Shown here: in pieces, positions 13,881 through 26,480 of the stretch
Position numbering within the stretch: position 1 is the first letter of the stretch
Layout of the letters: every line of letters begins with the position of its first letter
Source: Octopus sinensis
Lineage: Eukaryota
Length of the DNA stretch: 64,000 bases
NCBI RefSeq assembly: GCF_006345805.1
Contig: NC_043000.1
Location: 101,804,001-101,868,000, forward strand
Reading direction: 5' to 3'
Program-made: the position numbers and the translations under genes
The notes under the pieces: model-generated
Databases searched by the model: none
Seen by the model: only the letters and a program-made list of their open reading frames with translations
What the model was told of the DNA's origin: nothing

Positions 13881-13957
13881 TGCAAAAACATCACAAAAAA
13901 CTGTTACTCTGTGTTTCACGTTCCCATTTGTCAGACAGTTTTTGTGCTGTTTTTGCA
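13881..13957 (-). ncRNA. Type I hammerhead ribozyme relic (G8A) in a Penelope-like terminus
   Basis: Minus: ...AAAAACUGU-CUGACAA-AUG GGAA CGU-GAAAC-ACAGA-GUA-ACAGUUUUU...; helix I is an inverted repeat of about 23 bp (13881-13904 vs 13935-13957). Confidence 0.7.
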
Positions 13958-13965
13958 ACTTAAAA

Positions 13966-14012
<47 letters not shown>

Positions 14013-14531
14013 CATCATCATCATCGTTTAATGTTCGTTTTCCATGCTGGCATGGGTTGGACGGTTTGACTGGGGACTAGCAAGCAAGGAAGTTGCACCA
14101 GGCTCCAATCTGATTTGACAAGGTTTTTACAGCTGGATGCCCTTCCTAATGCCAACCACTCCAAGACTGTAGTGGGTGCTTTTTATATGCCACCTGCATG
14201 GGAGCCAGTCAGGTAGCACTGGCATCAGCCACGTTTGGATGATGCTTTTTACGTGCCACCAGCACAGGAGCCAGCCGGGGCAGGGGGCTGGCACTGACCA
14301 TGTTTGGATGGTGCTCTTTATGTGCCACCAGCACAGGAGCCAGTAAGGCGGTAGAGAGGGAGAGAGAGAGAGAAACAATAGATTTCTATCAGGTTTTGTC
14401 TACCAGATCCACTAACAAAGTTTTGGTTAGGCCAGGGCTATAGCAGAAGATACTTGCCCAAGGTGCAACACATTGGAACTGAGCCCAAGACTACATGGCT
14501 TGTAAGCAAACTACTTACCGCACCACCATAC

Positions 14532-14566
<35 letters not shown>

Positions 14567-15384
14567 CTCAGCCATTTATAGAGAAGAGAATGGTAAAATT
14601 GTGTTGTCTTTTGATTCCATTTACATTTAGGATTCATGATAGGAACATAAATCAACTCCATTGTATATATATATATATATATTTTTTTTTGTATATACAG
14701 TATACTGTTACAGTTTCTGAAATGAAACACAACAAAACAAAAATTCATTTCCCCAAAACCAAAGACGAAACCAACAGCGAAACAGACAAACAAACAGATA
14801 GCCAGACAGACGTACTGACAAATAGACGTAGATATAAATAGAGAAATAGAAGAAAGAATCAAAATGAACTTTTGTAAATCAAGTAACTAGAAAACTGTTA
14901 TTATGTAGAGTGGCTATATAATCAAGGAGTTCTTACTCTCTTCCTCTCTTTCCCCCCCCCCTCTCTCTCTCTCTCTCTCTTGCTTGCAGTTCTTCTCTCT
15001 CTTCCACTTTGATTGTCTTTCTCCCAATTTCTCTCTTGCTCTCCATTTCTCCACTTCCCCATCTCTCTTGCTATGTAACGTAAGTAATTAAGAGACTTAC
15101 TTCTCTCCCTTCTTTAATCCTCTTCTTTTTTTTTCTCCTCTCTCACTTTCTGCCTCGGTCCCTCTCACCTTAACCCTCTTTAATCTCTCTCTCTCTCTCT
15201 CTCTGTCTTCCTTTCCCTTTTATTTCTACCTATGTTGCTTGAAGTTTTATGTAATGCACCTATATAATTAAGGAACTCTCTCTCTTCTATTCTTCTTTCT
15301 TTCACTCTGTCTCCATTCTCTCACTATCTCTATGCTCTCCCTCTCTCTTTTCCATACCTGCCCATTCACCTATGCATACATCCT

Positions 15385-15404
15385 TGCATCTATCTATCTG
15401 TCTG

Positions 15405-15475
<71 letters not shown>

Positions 15476-15590
15476 ATCTATCTAGCTATCTATCTATCTG
15501 TCTATCTATCTATCTATCATCTATCTATCTATCTATCTTCTATCTATCTATCTATCTTTCTATCTATCTAGCTATCTATCTATCTGTCTG

Positions 15591-15655
<65 letters not shown>

Positions 15656-15688
15656 TTATCTATTTAAATATCAATCTATCTATTTAAA

Positions 15689-15772
<84 letters not shown>

Positions 15773-15775
15773 CAT
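15385..15775. repeat. (TATC)n microsatellite, about 390 bp
   Basis: Direct reading. Confidence 0.95.
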
Positions 15776-16148
15776 CCACCCATAAACCAACCAACCAACT
15801 AACTGTAGGAGACAGCATGCAGTTTAATTCACATTATGTTATCAAGGATGAGGGTACTGAAATTTTATTTTTAATTTTATATTTGTTTTTGAAGAGAGAT
15901 GGGAAAGTAGTTATGTGGGTAATTAGAATCCTATCTCATCTATTATGGAAGATGAAAAGTGTCACAAAATTACCCATTGCTCATGAGTTCCTGAGACATG
16001 TTTAACATTAGCCTATTTTAAATGCAAGTTCTGATGTTGGAAGCATGATGTGTGTGTGGAGAAAGAGCAGGAAGCTAAACCTTGAAGAGAGAGATGAATA
16101 AGTGAGACTATAGAAGAGAAAGGAGTAGGGACTTATATAGTAGGTAGT

Positions 16149-16186
<38 letters not shown>

Positions 16187-16293
16187 GAGAAAGAGAGAGA
16201 AGGAGGGAGTGTTCTTTTGTGTGTGTATGTGTATGTTACAAAGTTAGATATGAAGTATGATAGTGTTTGTGTGTGTGTGTGTATGAGAGAGAG

Positions 16294-16329
<36 letters not shown>

Positions 16330-17299
16330 GATAGGCAGAAGTAGAAACAAAGAGATAAAAGGAAGTTAGAAAATAAATGAGGAATGAGAAAGCTACCAGT
16401 AAAGGCTATAGGCATGGTCTCTCCTTCCAGAAGAACCAATATAAAAATTGGGAAAAAAGGGAAAAAAATAATGACAGGTAGAGATAATGAAAATATAATA
16501 ATAAAGTGCTCACTGCATACAGTGCCTTAGATGCACTAAAACTTGTCAGAAAAGGGTAAAAAAAGGAACAGAAAGTGGAAGTACTCATAAGTCAAATAAA
16601 GAAAGAATGCAACGATAGAGAATTCTTTTATTTGGTCCACATTTAAAGAGATAGTATGTATGTGTGTTTGTGTGCTTGAGTGAGTAAATGACTGGATGCA
16701 CATGTTGTGTTGGTAGTAATTTAAAGTGCTACAAAAAAGATAATATTGATGCAACGGAAAAATACTCAAAATGGTGAGCCATTTCACTTGCCACAGGAAT
16801 CCAATAACCGGATGAATGTTTTAAGCTTTATTGTGTACCGTGGTAGTCCGTTGTATTTTGGGGCAAATCTGCAGTTAGTTTAAATTGATCCAGAGCTGAC
16901 TGATGCCTTGTTTTATTGACTCCCAAAATAAAAAGCAAAATTTGATCAGCTTCCTTTCATGATACTATGGGTTCATTTGTTGCAGTCAGCTCAATTCATC
17001 TTCGAAGTACCAGTGGAGAGTTTAAGGAAGTACATTACTGAAAATGATGGTTGTTCTGATAGTAATAATAGGAGAGGTGAAGAAACATTAGCTTAAGGAA
17101 GAGAGAATTGATGCTGGAGCTAGAAAGGAATGATATAAGCAGAAAAATTTACACAGAAAGGTTTTTCAAAGTACTGCAGAATATTGAGATGAGAAATCAT
17201 GTTAATGGCTAAAGAAGAGAGGTTTGAAAAAAACATCACTGGGTTTGATCCAAACTGTGTAGGATTAAGCAATCAGAACAAGATAAACCAAAAAGAATA

Positions 17300-17500
17300 T
17301 AAAGAAGGCATTGCTATTCATGAGGCTTTTTCGAAAGGAAAGGTCTATAGGAGTTGTGTGAGAGCTGCAATGCTGTATGGGAGTGAGACATAGTGTTTGA
17401 GGGAGAGAGAGATGGCAGTTTTGAGAAGGACTGAGAGAGCAATGGTAAGAGAAATGTGTGGCATGAATGTATAGACCCAGAATGTGTAGGCATGAAATAC
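17300..17500 (+). mobile_element. RTE-clade LINE fragment
   Basis: KGKVYRSCVRAAMLYGSET*CLRERE...RTERAMVREMCG matches the RTE KGxxYxxxVRxxMLYGSETW region. Confidence 0.8.
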
Positions 17501-17525
17501 CATAATAATAATAATATTAATAATG

Positions 17526-17558
<33 letters not shown>

Positions 17559-17578
17559 TAATAATAATAATAATAATA

Positions 17579-17945
17579 ACAAGAGCACTCAGAGAGTGCA
17601 AACCTCTGCCTAGGTAACACCAACGTCCTCTCAATGAATTAGCCAGAGATGAATTTTAAAATTGTGAATATCTGAAATAAACTCAACTGCTCTCACAAAT
17701 GAGAATACTAAAAATGAATCTGACCAACCTCCAAAAATAAAGTTAAAAAATAGGAAAAATAATCCAGAATCCTTGACTGGTACCAGATCGATCCCAAAAC
17801 CTAATCAGTTTGTGCCAGTCATGAGGCCAAACATCCCTGAAAGTTTCATCCAAATTCATCCAGCGCTTCTTGAGATATCTTGTCCACAAACAAACAAACA
17901 AAACGACTGAAAACAATACGTCTGCCTTCGCTAAAGTGGAGGTAA
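17579..17945 (+). mobile_element. Non-autonomous Helentron/DINE-1-like element
   Basis: Starts aagagcactcagagagtgcaaacctc after an AT-rich tract; contains aaagtttcatccaaat and (caaa)n; ends in the degenerate hairpin tctgccttcgctaaagtggaggtaa. Confidence 0.5.
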
Positions 17946-19148
17946 TAATAATAATGATGATGACGACGACGACGACGACGAGGAGGAGGAGGAGAATAAT
18001 AATAATAAGAATAAGAATTCTCTTACAAGCACAAATAAATAAATAAGTGACTGATAAATTACATCAACCTCAGTGCTCAACTGGTAATTATTTTATTTGG
18101 CTCAGAATTTGAGCTCAACATAAAACCAGAAGAAAAGCTGCTAAGCATTTTGTCTGGCATGCTAATGATTCTACCAGCTTGTCACCCTGATGATGATGAT
18201 ATCAATAATAACAATGATAATATCAATGATAATAATAATAGCCTATCACAAATCAATACAAGCGGAGGGAGTATCATAAAGTGCAGAGGTAGATAATTAA
18301 GTTTAGTTCCTCATTTAATCAAGTAGATTTCCTATGCATCGTCATTTGCCAAGAATTTCCAACTACTAGAAGGCAGAGCTTGCTTTCTCACCGATACACC
18401 CCACAAAATGATACGGAGGGACGCACACATGTGGACTTCTGGTTCAGTGAACTTTCATCACCACAGTAAATTGCATTGCTTTAAACTACCTTCCAATACC
18501 CACCTTTTTCTCTCCATTCTCCCTTTCTCTCTCTATTTCCCCACCTCTAATCCTCTCTCCCTTTCTCTCCTATGCACAAACTTATCTCTCTCTACAGATT
18601 CATAAACACACATCCATTCTAATTTAATCGTGAAGGATGATTGGCTAATTGCTCACATTCGGCTCTCCAGATGCTCTCTCTCTCTCTCTCTCTCTCTCTC
18701 AATCTTTCTCTTCCATTCTTTTATCTCTCTGTCTCTTACTCCATATCTTCCCATCTGCTCTTTTCTTCTCTTCTCTCTCCCTTTTCTCTCCCTCGTTTTC
18801 TGGTCTTTCCCCCACCCAACTCTTTCTCTCTCTCTCTCTCATGCTAACTAGCACATATTTACGTTTCTGCACACATTCATATACTCATGCATATACACCT
18901 GTTCTATTTCAATCTTGAAGAATTATTAGGTAATTGCTCTCATTATTCTCTTCCTTTCATTATAAGTGTTATTAACAGCTACTATCTATCTGTCTGTATG
19001 TCTGTATGCCTGCCTATCTATCTATTTATCTATCTATCTATCTTATATATATATAAGGATGGTAAAAAAAAATGTGACTATCCCGAAATACAACAATATG
19101 TTTCAACACACAATTTTTCATCAGGAGTCCTGCAACACCAATTCATAA

Positions 19149-19180
<32 letters not shown>

Positions 19181-19959
19181 GTATACATAATATATAATGC
19201 CAGGTTGGTATGAGTACTAGTGGTAACATGTAATCCAGTAATAACCTGGTACCTGCTTGGATTGCCTGTTTGTCTAAATCAGTGACTAAAACAGCACTTG
19301 ACCCAATAGTTGAAGAGAGATGCTAGAAATCTGGTAGGAACAAAAACAAGGTCAGTGAAAAGGGGCGGAATCCAGGATAGAGGTGTCAATGATTATCTCA
19401 CAATCACATGTGGGGACATAGAAAAGCTGAAGATAATGAATGAGCAAGTTGTAAGACTCCTTTGAGAGTGATGTTCCTTAGTTTTTCTCAGATTATCTAT
19501 CTTCAAGTTGGATATTGTGAAGTATAGCCTGAGGGTCATTCAGTTTCTGGTTGCCCTTAATCAATGCAGGGCCACTGAAAGGAAAGCTATTCTGACTGTA
19601 AGTGAAATCCAGTTATGTGCACACTTCATCCTCCCCATCCTCATTGACATCATTATTTAAATGTCCATTGTTCAATGCTGGCATGGATGGAATGGTTTAA
19701 ACAGGAACCAATGGGTCCAGTGGGTGCAGAGCCTGCATTGAGCTCCCATGTCTGTCTTACCATGATTTCTGTGTTTGGATGCCCTTCCTAATGCCAACAG
19801 TTTTATGGCTTGTATTATGTCCTTTTTTCTTTTTTTCCATGCCACAAACTCTTGTGAAGCAGGCATCAGGTGTACCCTCAGGGAGGGTTAGCATTATGCT
19901 AGGAGACAAGAGCTAAAATAAGAGACAGAGGATGGGGCAGAGCAGGTTCTTGCAGTAGA

Positions 19960-20520
19960 TGGGCTATATGGCTACTCATATTTTAGAAGTGTTTGTTAAA
20001 ACCATCAGCAGGAACTGTAAAGGTGTGATTAGATTTCCAGGTTGTTTCTCAAGGTGCAAGGTGGGTAGATGTGAATAGTGAGTGTGAACAGAAGAACAAG
20101 GAGTGTAAGTGGATGGGGATGTGAGAGTGTATAAAGGTGCAAGAGATGGGGCAGGTGGGCAAGAAAAAAGTTGGTAATAACTATAAGGATTAAGTGGGGT
20201 TGAAGGATGGGTGGAGTTGAAGGCTGGGTGTAAAGAGTGATGGATAAAGACTGGGGGATGACCAATAATGCATGAGTTGGAGAATGTTGCAGAATACAGA
20301 AGTGGAAAGGTAGGCATGTGCATGAGAAGAGATAATTTGCTAATTCAACAGGGAAGATATATAATTTATTTTCGTGTATAGTAAATATTTGGAACCACAG
20401 ATATAGGACCTTTGTTGCAGCAGTTGGAATTACACTCCTTACATGTCTTCCATTGTGTCCTTGCTTGTGAGGACAGATGGTAAGAGTAGGTGAGAACAGC
20501 TGCAATTCTCCCGGTGGCAC
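19960..20520 (-). mobile_element. Decayed CR1/L2-like LINE 3' region
   Basis: Minus ORF ...YSYYQLFSCPPAPSLAPL...HTHYSHLPTL loosely resembles the CR1-type C-terminus. Confidence 0.35.
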
Positions 20521-21505
20521 CCTCTACTGTTTTTGCTCTTTAAGAATGGGCATCTTCATCTAGACAATAGTTGTATTTGATATGTGTTGACTTACACAGA
20601 ATATGTGTGTTTATATATATATATATAAAATTAGAAAACAACCACCTTTTATCAATTCAAAATGAACAATTAAATTACACCATCTAGAAAATTACATATA
20701 ACATAAATATTAAAATAAATATATATATCATATTGTGTGAAATTTGATTTAGTATTTCTAAATTGAAATTTTTTCCCTGTAAGTTTAGATTTATATTCCC
20801 TCAAATAATTATTATATATATTATGTATATATATAATATGTTACACAGAATATGTGTGTTTGTGTGTATATAAATATATATGTGTGTGTGTGTCGACTGA
20901 AGAAGGGGTTTTTCTTTGTGTTAATTGTCCTGTACAACATTTTTTTGTTGTTTAAAAAAATGTCCAGTTCCTTGGGTTTGTGTCTGTTTTCGTTTCTCAT
21001 TGTGTTCGACGTTTTTTTGGTGTCCTGTACTCTTATATGCGTGTATATATACATGTAGAGATAGGTACGTACATATATGTATATATATATGCATGTTTTA
21101 TTTATTAATATATATATATATATATATATAGGCACTCAAAGATAACCAGGGGGGGAATGATCACAGTATGAACTTTTAATATAAAAACAGCATGAAGCTC
21201 TAGATTTGTATTTTATATTGTGCACTATATTTGAAAGTAACAGTAATCAGTTTTGATTGAACCATTTTCAGTTAAGTAAAGATTATACATATATAAATAT
21301 TATACAGTTCAGGTAAATCCCAGCTGTTTTCTCCTGGTGCACATCTGTTTATTCCATTATTACAATCCAATATGTTGTCACTGTTGCTGCTGTGTGTTAG
21401 TCAAAATACTATTAAAATTGGGAATCATGGAAATATTATGTGCTAAGTAATTGTATAATAAAACAGGAAAGTGGAAATGTTTTGGTATTATTTATTCTCC
21501 GTTAG

Positions 21506-21832
21506 TGAGGGCGCGTGGCTTAGTGGTTAGGGCATTCGGCTCATGATCGTAAGGTTGTGAGTTCGATTCCTGGCGACGCGTTGTGTCCTTGAGCAAGACA
21601 CTTTATTTCACGTTGCTCCAGTCCACTCAGCTGGCAAAAATGAGTTGTACTTGTATTTCAAAGGGTCAGCCTTGTCACTCTCTGTGTCACGCTGATTATC
21701 CCCGAGAACTACGTTAAGGGTACACGTGTCTGTGGAATGCTCAGCCATTTGCACGTTAATTTTCACGAGCAAGCTGTTCCGTTGATCGTATCAGCTGGGA
21801 CCCTCGTCGTCGTAACCGGCGGAGTCTTAAGA
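21506..21832 (+). mobile_element. Full-length tRNA-derived SINE (family C) with 16-bp target-site duplication
   Basis: A box TGGCTTAGTGG, B box GTTCGATTC; TSD atttattctccgttag at 21490-21505 and 21833-21848. Confidence 0.92.
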
Positions 21833-22064
21833 ATTTATTCTCCGTTAGAGATGTTTCATTTAGTAAAAGGAATTACAAAGATTTACATGTTAGATAGGCG
21901 TGTAAGGAATTTCCTATTAGAAATTTTTCTGTCTGAAGAATCTGTAACAGTAAATTCCTTACATGTCTATCTAACATGTAAATATTTGGTAATTAGCAAA
22001 TGAAACAAGTGTAATGAAGAATAAATAATGCTAACATATTTTCATGTTCCTGTTTTGTTATATA

Positions 22065-22104
<40 letters not shown>

Positions 22105-22149
22105 CATCTATCTATCTATCTATCTATCTATATGTCTGTCTGTCCGTCC

Positions 22150-22186
<37 letters not shown>

Positions 22187-22188
22187 TC

Positions 22189-22233
<45 letters not shown>

Positions 22234-22269
22234 ATATACATATATATAAATGTGTGTGTGCGTGTGTGT

Positions 22270-22610
22270 ATATATTTCTCCCGCAAACAACTAGACTCCT
22301 TCCTCTCTTTTGTCAAATCTTTCCATCGCCTTTCTCGATATTTCAGTCAGCATTCATCACTCCAATCTCACCACCTCCATCCACTACAAACATACAGACT
22401 CACACTCATACCTCAACGTCTCTTCCTCCCACCCTAAATACACTAAGCTCTCCATCCCTTATTCCCAATTCCTCCGTCTGTGCAGGCTCTGCAGTGACAA
22501 CCATGACTTTAACACTCAGTCTCAACTCATTGCTCACCACTATCCACACCGCCCTTGCCAGAGCACTTCCATGGACCATGCATCTGCTCTCATCCCCACA
22601 CCTGCCCTAA
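22270..22610 (+). mobile_element. Penelope-like element reverse transcriptase C-terminal fragment
   Basis: [56 protein letters not shown] is the characteristic PLE RT end ([20 protein letters not shown]). Confidence 0.9.
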
Positions 22611-23131
22611 TAAACTTTTAAAAAGTACACAAGAAACTCAAAAAATTCTACATGTATTTCAATTCTGGCCTTTCAGTAATTCCTAATTGGAAGCATTTGG
22701 ATCAAATCCAATGTTAAGAATTGTTTATCAATTTAAACTGCTTGAGGCAGAATCTCTTCAGGTTTCTTTCTTTTTTTTTTAACAAAATGATGGTTACATT
22801 TTTCTTGAAGGGATTCATGCAGATTAAAATGATAAGCAATTCTTAACATTGGATTTGACCAAAGTATGAATTATAAGGGGCCAGAATCGAAACATATGTA
22901 GGTTTTCTTGAGTTTCTTGAATCCCTTCATGAAAGATGTAACCTTCGTTTTATAAAAACAAAAAAAAAAAAAATAACATGAAGAGATTCTGCGCAAGCAG
23001 TTTAAAATGATAACCAATTCTTAACTTTGGATTTGATTCAAATGCTTCGAATTATGAAATACAAAGGGGCCAAATTCAAAACATATGTAGGTTGTTTTTT
23101 GAGTTTCTTTCGTACTTTTTAAAAATTTATT
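22609..23131. mobile_element. Foldback / MITE-like element with long imperfect inverted arms
   Basis: Left arm aataaacttttaaaaagtacacaagaaactc...gaatctcttca pairs with right arm tgaagagattctg...gagtttctttcgtactttttaaaaatttatt; an extra partial right arm lies at about 22821-22920. Confidence 0.75.
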
Positions 23132-23236
23132 TGTAGTTAAAGTTTGACTTCAAACTATGATCCAAATAAATTAACTATACATCCTCAACTCTCTATTTTC
23201 TTACCTTATATATATATATATATATACATTGGAGCA

Positions 23237-23553
23237 CTCCGTCGGTTACGACGACGAGGGTCCCAGCTGATATGATCAATGGAACAGCTTGCTCATGAAA
23301 TTAACGTGCAAGTGGTTGAGCATTCCACAGACACATGTACCCTTAATGTAGTTCTCGGGGAGATTCAGCATGACACAGAATGTGACAAGTCTGGCTCTTT
23401 TTGAAATACAGGTACTTCACATTTTTGCCAGCAGAGTGGACTGGAGCAATGTGAAATAAAGTGTCTTGCTCAAGGACACAACGCGTCGCCAGGAATCGAA
23501 CTCACAACCTTACGATCATGAGCCGAATGCCCTAACCACTAAGCCATGCCCTC
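23237..23553 (-). mobile_element. tRNA-derived SINE (family C), inverted relative to the 21506 copy
   Basis: Reverse complement matches 21506-21826; the head of about 95 nt is essentially identical. Confidence 0.92.
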
Positions 23554-25409
23554 ACACACATACATACACATACATATATATATATGTCAGTAAATGATAA
23601 ATCTATCCTGTGTTTGAATTCAACTAATCACAACAGTTGTGGTCAGTCAAGGGCAAAACTCTGAGTACTCTGTAAGGTATGTATCTGCTTTACCCACTGT
23701 ACTGAGTTCTATATCAGACTCTGTTTGTGTTATGGGAATTATATGTTTGTTTCATTTTACAACATTTGTATTATTACATATACTCATATATATATATATG
23801 CACAATCATGTATGAAATACATACACACCTGTATTGTAGTCATGCTTCTGTACTAAAAATTAAAACTTGTTTACACTTCCTATGTTTTAACATACACACC
23901 AACAAGCACATACAATTCGACATACAGTGCAATATTGATTTTAGAACAAAGAACTTCTTAACCCAAAGTAACTTCTTAACACCTGTCAATTGAACAGTGT
24001 CAGATATTAGTAAAATCTATTGAACATGGATTTAAAATTATTTGTGTCTTTTGTCTTGAAACAAATGACAAAAGCGTGTATGAAAGAAGTGCCATGAGGG
24101 TAATAGGATGGGTGTAAAATAGGATATGTATATAATGTTATTTAAAGTATGTTTTTGAAATGGAAACAAGGACCTGGAGTCCATTATGAATTGTGTGTGT
24201 GTGTGTGTGATTCATTATGTAAGTAATTGGCTTTAATCATTAATCAAAGTTGCAAAACTAATTATTTTGCATGCAAGCGAAATAATTAAAATCAGACATC
24301 AAATGTTTGAAATTTCCTATGCTACTCTTTGTAATCGACAGCCTTCATTAATGGGTGGTTAGCTTTAGTTGTTGTTGCTGTTAATGTTGTTGCTATTATT
24401 GTTGTCATCGTTAGCCCCAGGCTTGGTTTTAACTGAGCATATATATTATGAAAGACATTCCAGCTACGATTCTGCTATCTCTCTTTCTATTCGATATAGT
24501 TCATCTATACTTTACACATTTTTCATTTATACTTTACACATTTTTTTTGTCTGTTTCTTACCTTTCATCACAGTAGGGGAACAGTAGCATAATTGGTTAC
24601 AGGTTTCCAATTCACCAATCACTGTTTCAATATATTTCTAATGGTTTGAATAACATTTCTCTTACAAATCTGTGTAACTCATTGTTGAACAAATATCACA
24701 AGAATCTGTAAATGTGTTCAAATGCACCAGTTTTCATTTTTATTGCTGACATTGATATTTTTAGCTGTTACCATCATTTTATATCCATTCTTCATGCTGG
24801 TATGTAGAGAATGAATCGCTACAGTCTAAGTCAGTTCTTATTTACAGTTACAGCCTTCCTAGACAGATCAGGAACCATGCCTTATAAGTACATTCCATTT
24901 TTAGTATGGTTTCTATGTCTGGATGCCCTTTCTCATGCCAGCCTCTTTAGAGTACACTGACTTCACTTGATCATTGCACCAACACTAGTGAAGTTGTCTT
25001 GTACCACATAAGACCAAAGCGTGAGCCCTCTCTATTCTACATTGTCTCCATTTGTTTGGGGCAATCTGACTGAGCAAGTGAATGGGAGAGAGAGATGGGG
25101 GAGAAGTAGGGGGAAAGAAAGAAACACAGTGGAAAATGAGAAAGAATGACGACAGAAAAAGTAGTTTAAGAAAGTAAAAGAAGAGAGAATATGAAGGGAA
25201 CAAGACAGTGATTGGAGTGAGAGAACAGGAATAGAAGAGAGCAGTTGATGGCAACACTATGCTGGTCATTGGAAAGAGGATTAGTGGAATAAAAGGAACA
25301 ACAATAGGATGGAGTGAGAAGAAATGACAAGGTGATAGAAAAGAGAGTATTGAATGTGAGAAATGAGACAGAGGGATGTTTGTTAAAAATGAGTAATAAC
25401 AATGGAATG

Positions 25410-25447
<38 letters not shown>

Positions 25448-26089
25448 CAAGAGAGTGAATGAGAGAAGGGAAATGGATAGCAAGAGTTTGTTGATTGTAA
25501 GAGAGGGTGATACATATCAAAACTGAGTGACTGGGATAAGAGACATTTATGTCTGGCAATAGAGAAGAGTGTTGGTAGGGAATAGTGATTAATTACAGGC
25601 AAATCAAGTGCCCTGATGTAATGGAGGTAAGAGTGATAAAGCATGCTGGCTGGGATGATTGAATATGGACAGATCTAATGTTGCTCATGTTATACAGATG
25701 CTGTGGTACAATGAATAGAAGTTGAGTGACCAATGACAGTATTTGAAGTAGTTGAGGGAGCCAAGTATAAATACTAGTTTCAAATTTTGGTACAAGGCCA
25801 GCAATTTCTGCGGAGGGGTAATTCAAATTCATCAACACCAGTACTCAACTGGTACTTATTTTATCAACCCTGAAAGGATGAAAAACAAAGTCAACCTCAG
25901 CAGCATTTGAACTCAGAACTTAAAGACGGACAAAATGTCACTTAGCATTTTGCCTGGCATGCTACTGATTCTGCCAGCTCCTTGCCTTGCAAAGAAACAA
26001 ATATTATAGCTGCCATTCTAAATACATCTGTAACATCCCATTTACCATACTAGAATGAATGGGCAGGTCCTCTCTAGCATTGCATTTTA

Positions 26090-26480
26090 TCAATAATTGA
26101 GCTTCTTTATCATCTTATTTATGAGTTTCAGTAATTTGAGATCGATCTTTGCCACTTTATCCCATTTCTTCCAAGATGTTCCACTTCCACAGGCTCCTTT
26201 CACTTTAAGCAAACAGAACTTCTTTATACAGCTGACATCCCCCATAGCTATCATATATGCCTCAGCCAGCGTAATCTCCTTTCTTGCACACTACATTCCA
26301 TTTCTTTCATATCCAGTTTTTCCCTCAGTTCATTTGTGTTGTGTTATTTATGTACACTGATACTACACCATGTCCTGAAGCATGCTAGCTTCATTTCTTT
26401 CTAGTCTTCACAGATCCTCTACATTATTGGCTTACATCTTCTACTATGCAGTATTGTACTTTATATACAAGATTCAGATA
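26090..26480 (-). mobile_element. RTE-clade LINE 3' fragment
   Basis: Minus: ERNEASML...NELREKLDMKEMECSVQERRLRWL...VKGACG. Confidence 0.75.

Noticed and set aside
19085-19135. Minus-strand CUGAUGA...GAAAC...GUA in the 9100/19100/38840 family
   Set aside because: Helix I cannot form, and the other copies have mutated cores.
21508-21580. tRNA-like sequence with a CAT anticodon loop
   Set aside because: Acceptor and anticodon stems pair poorly and it continues into a SINE body with a TSD; it is a SINE head, not a tRNA gene.
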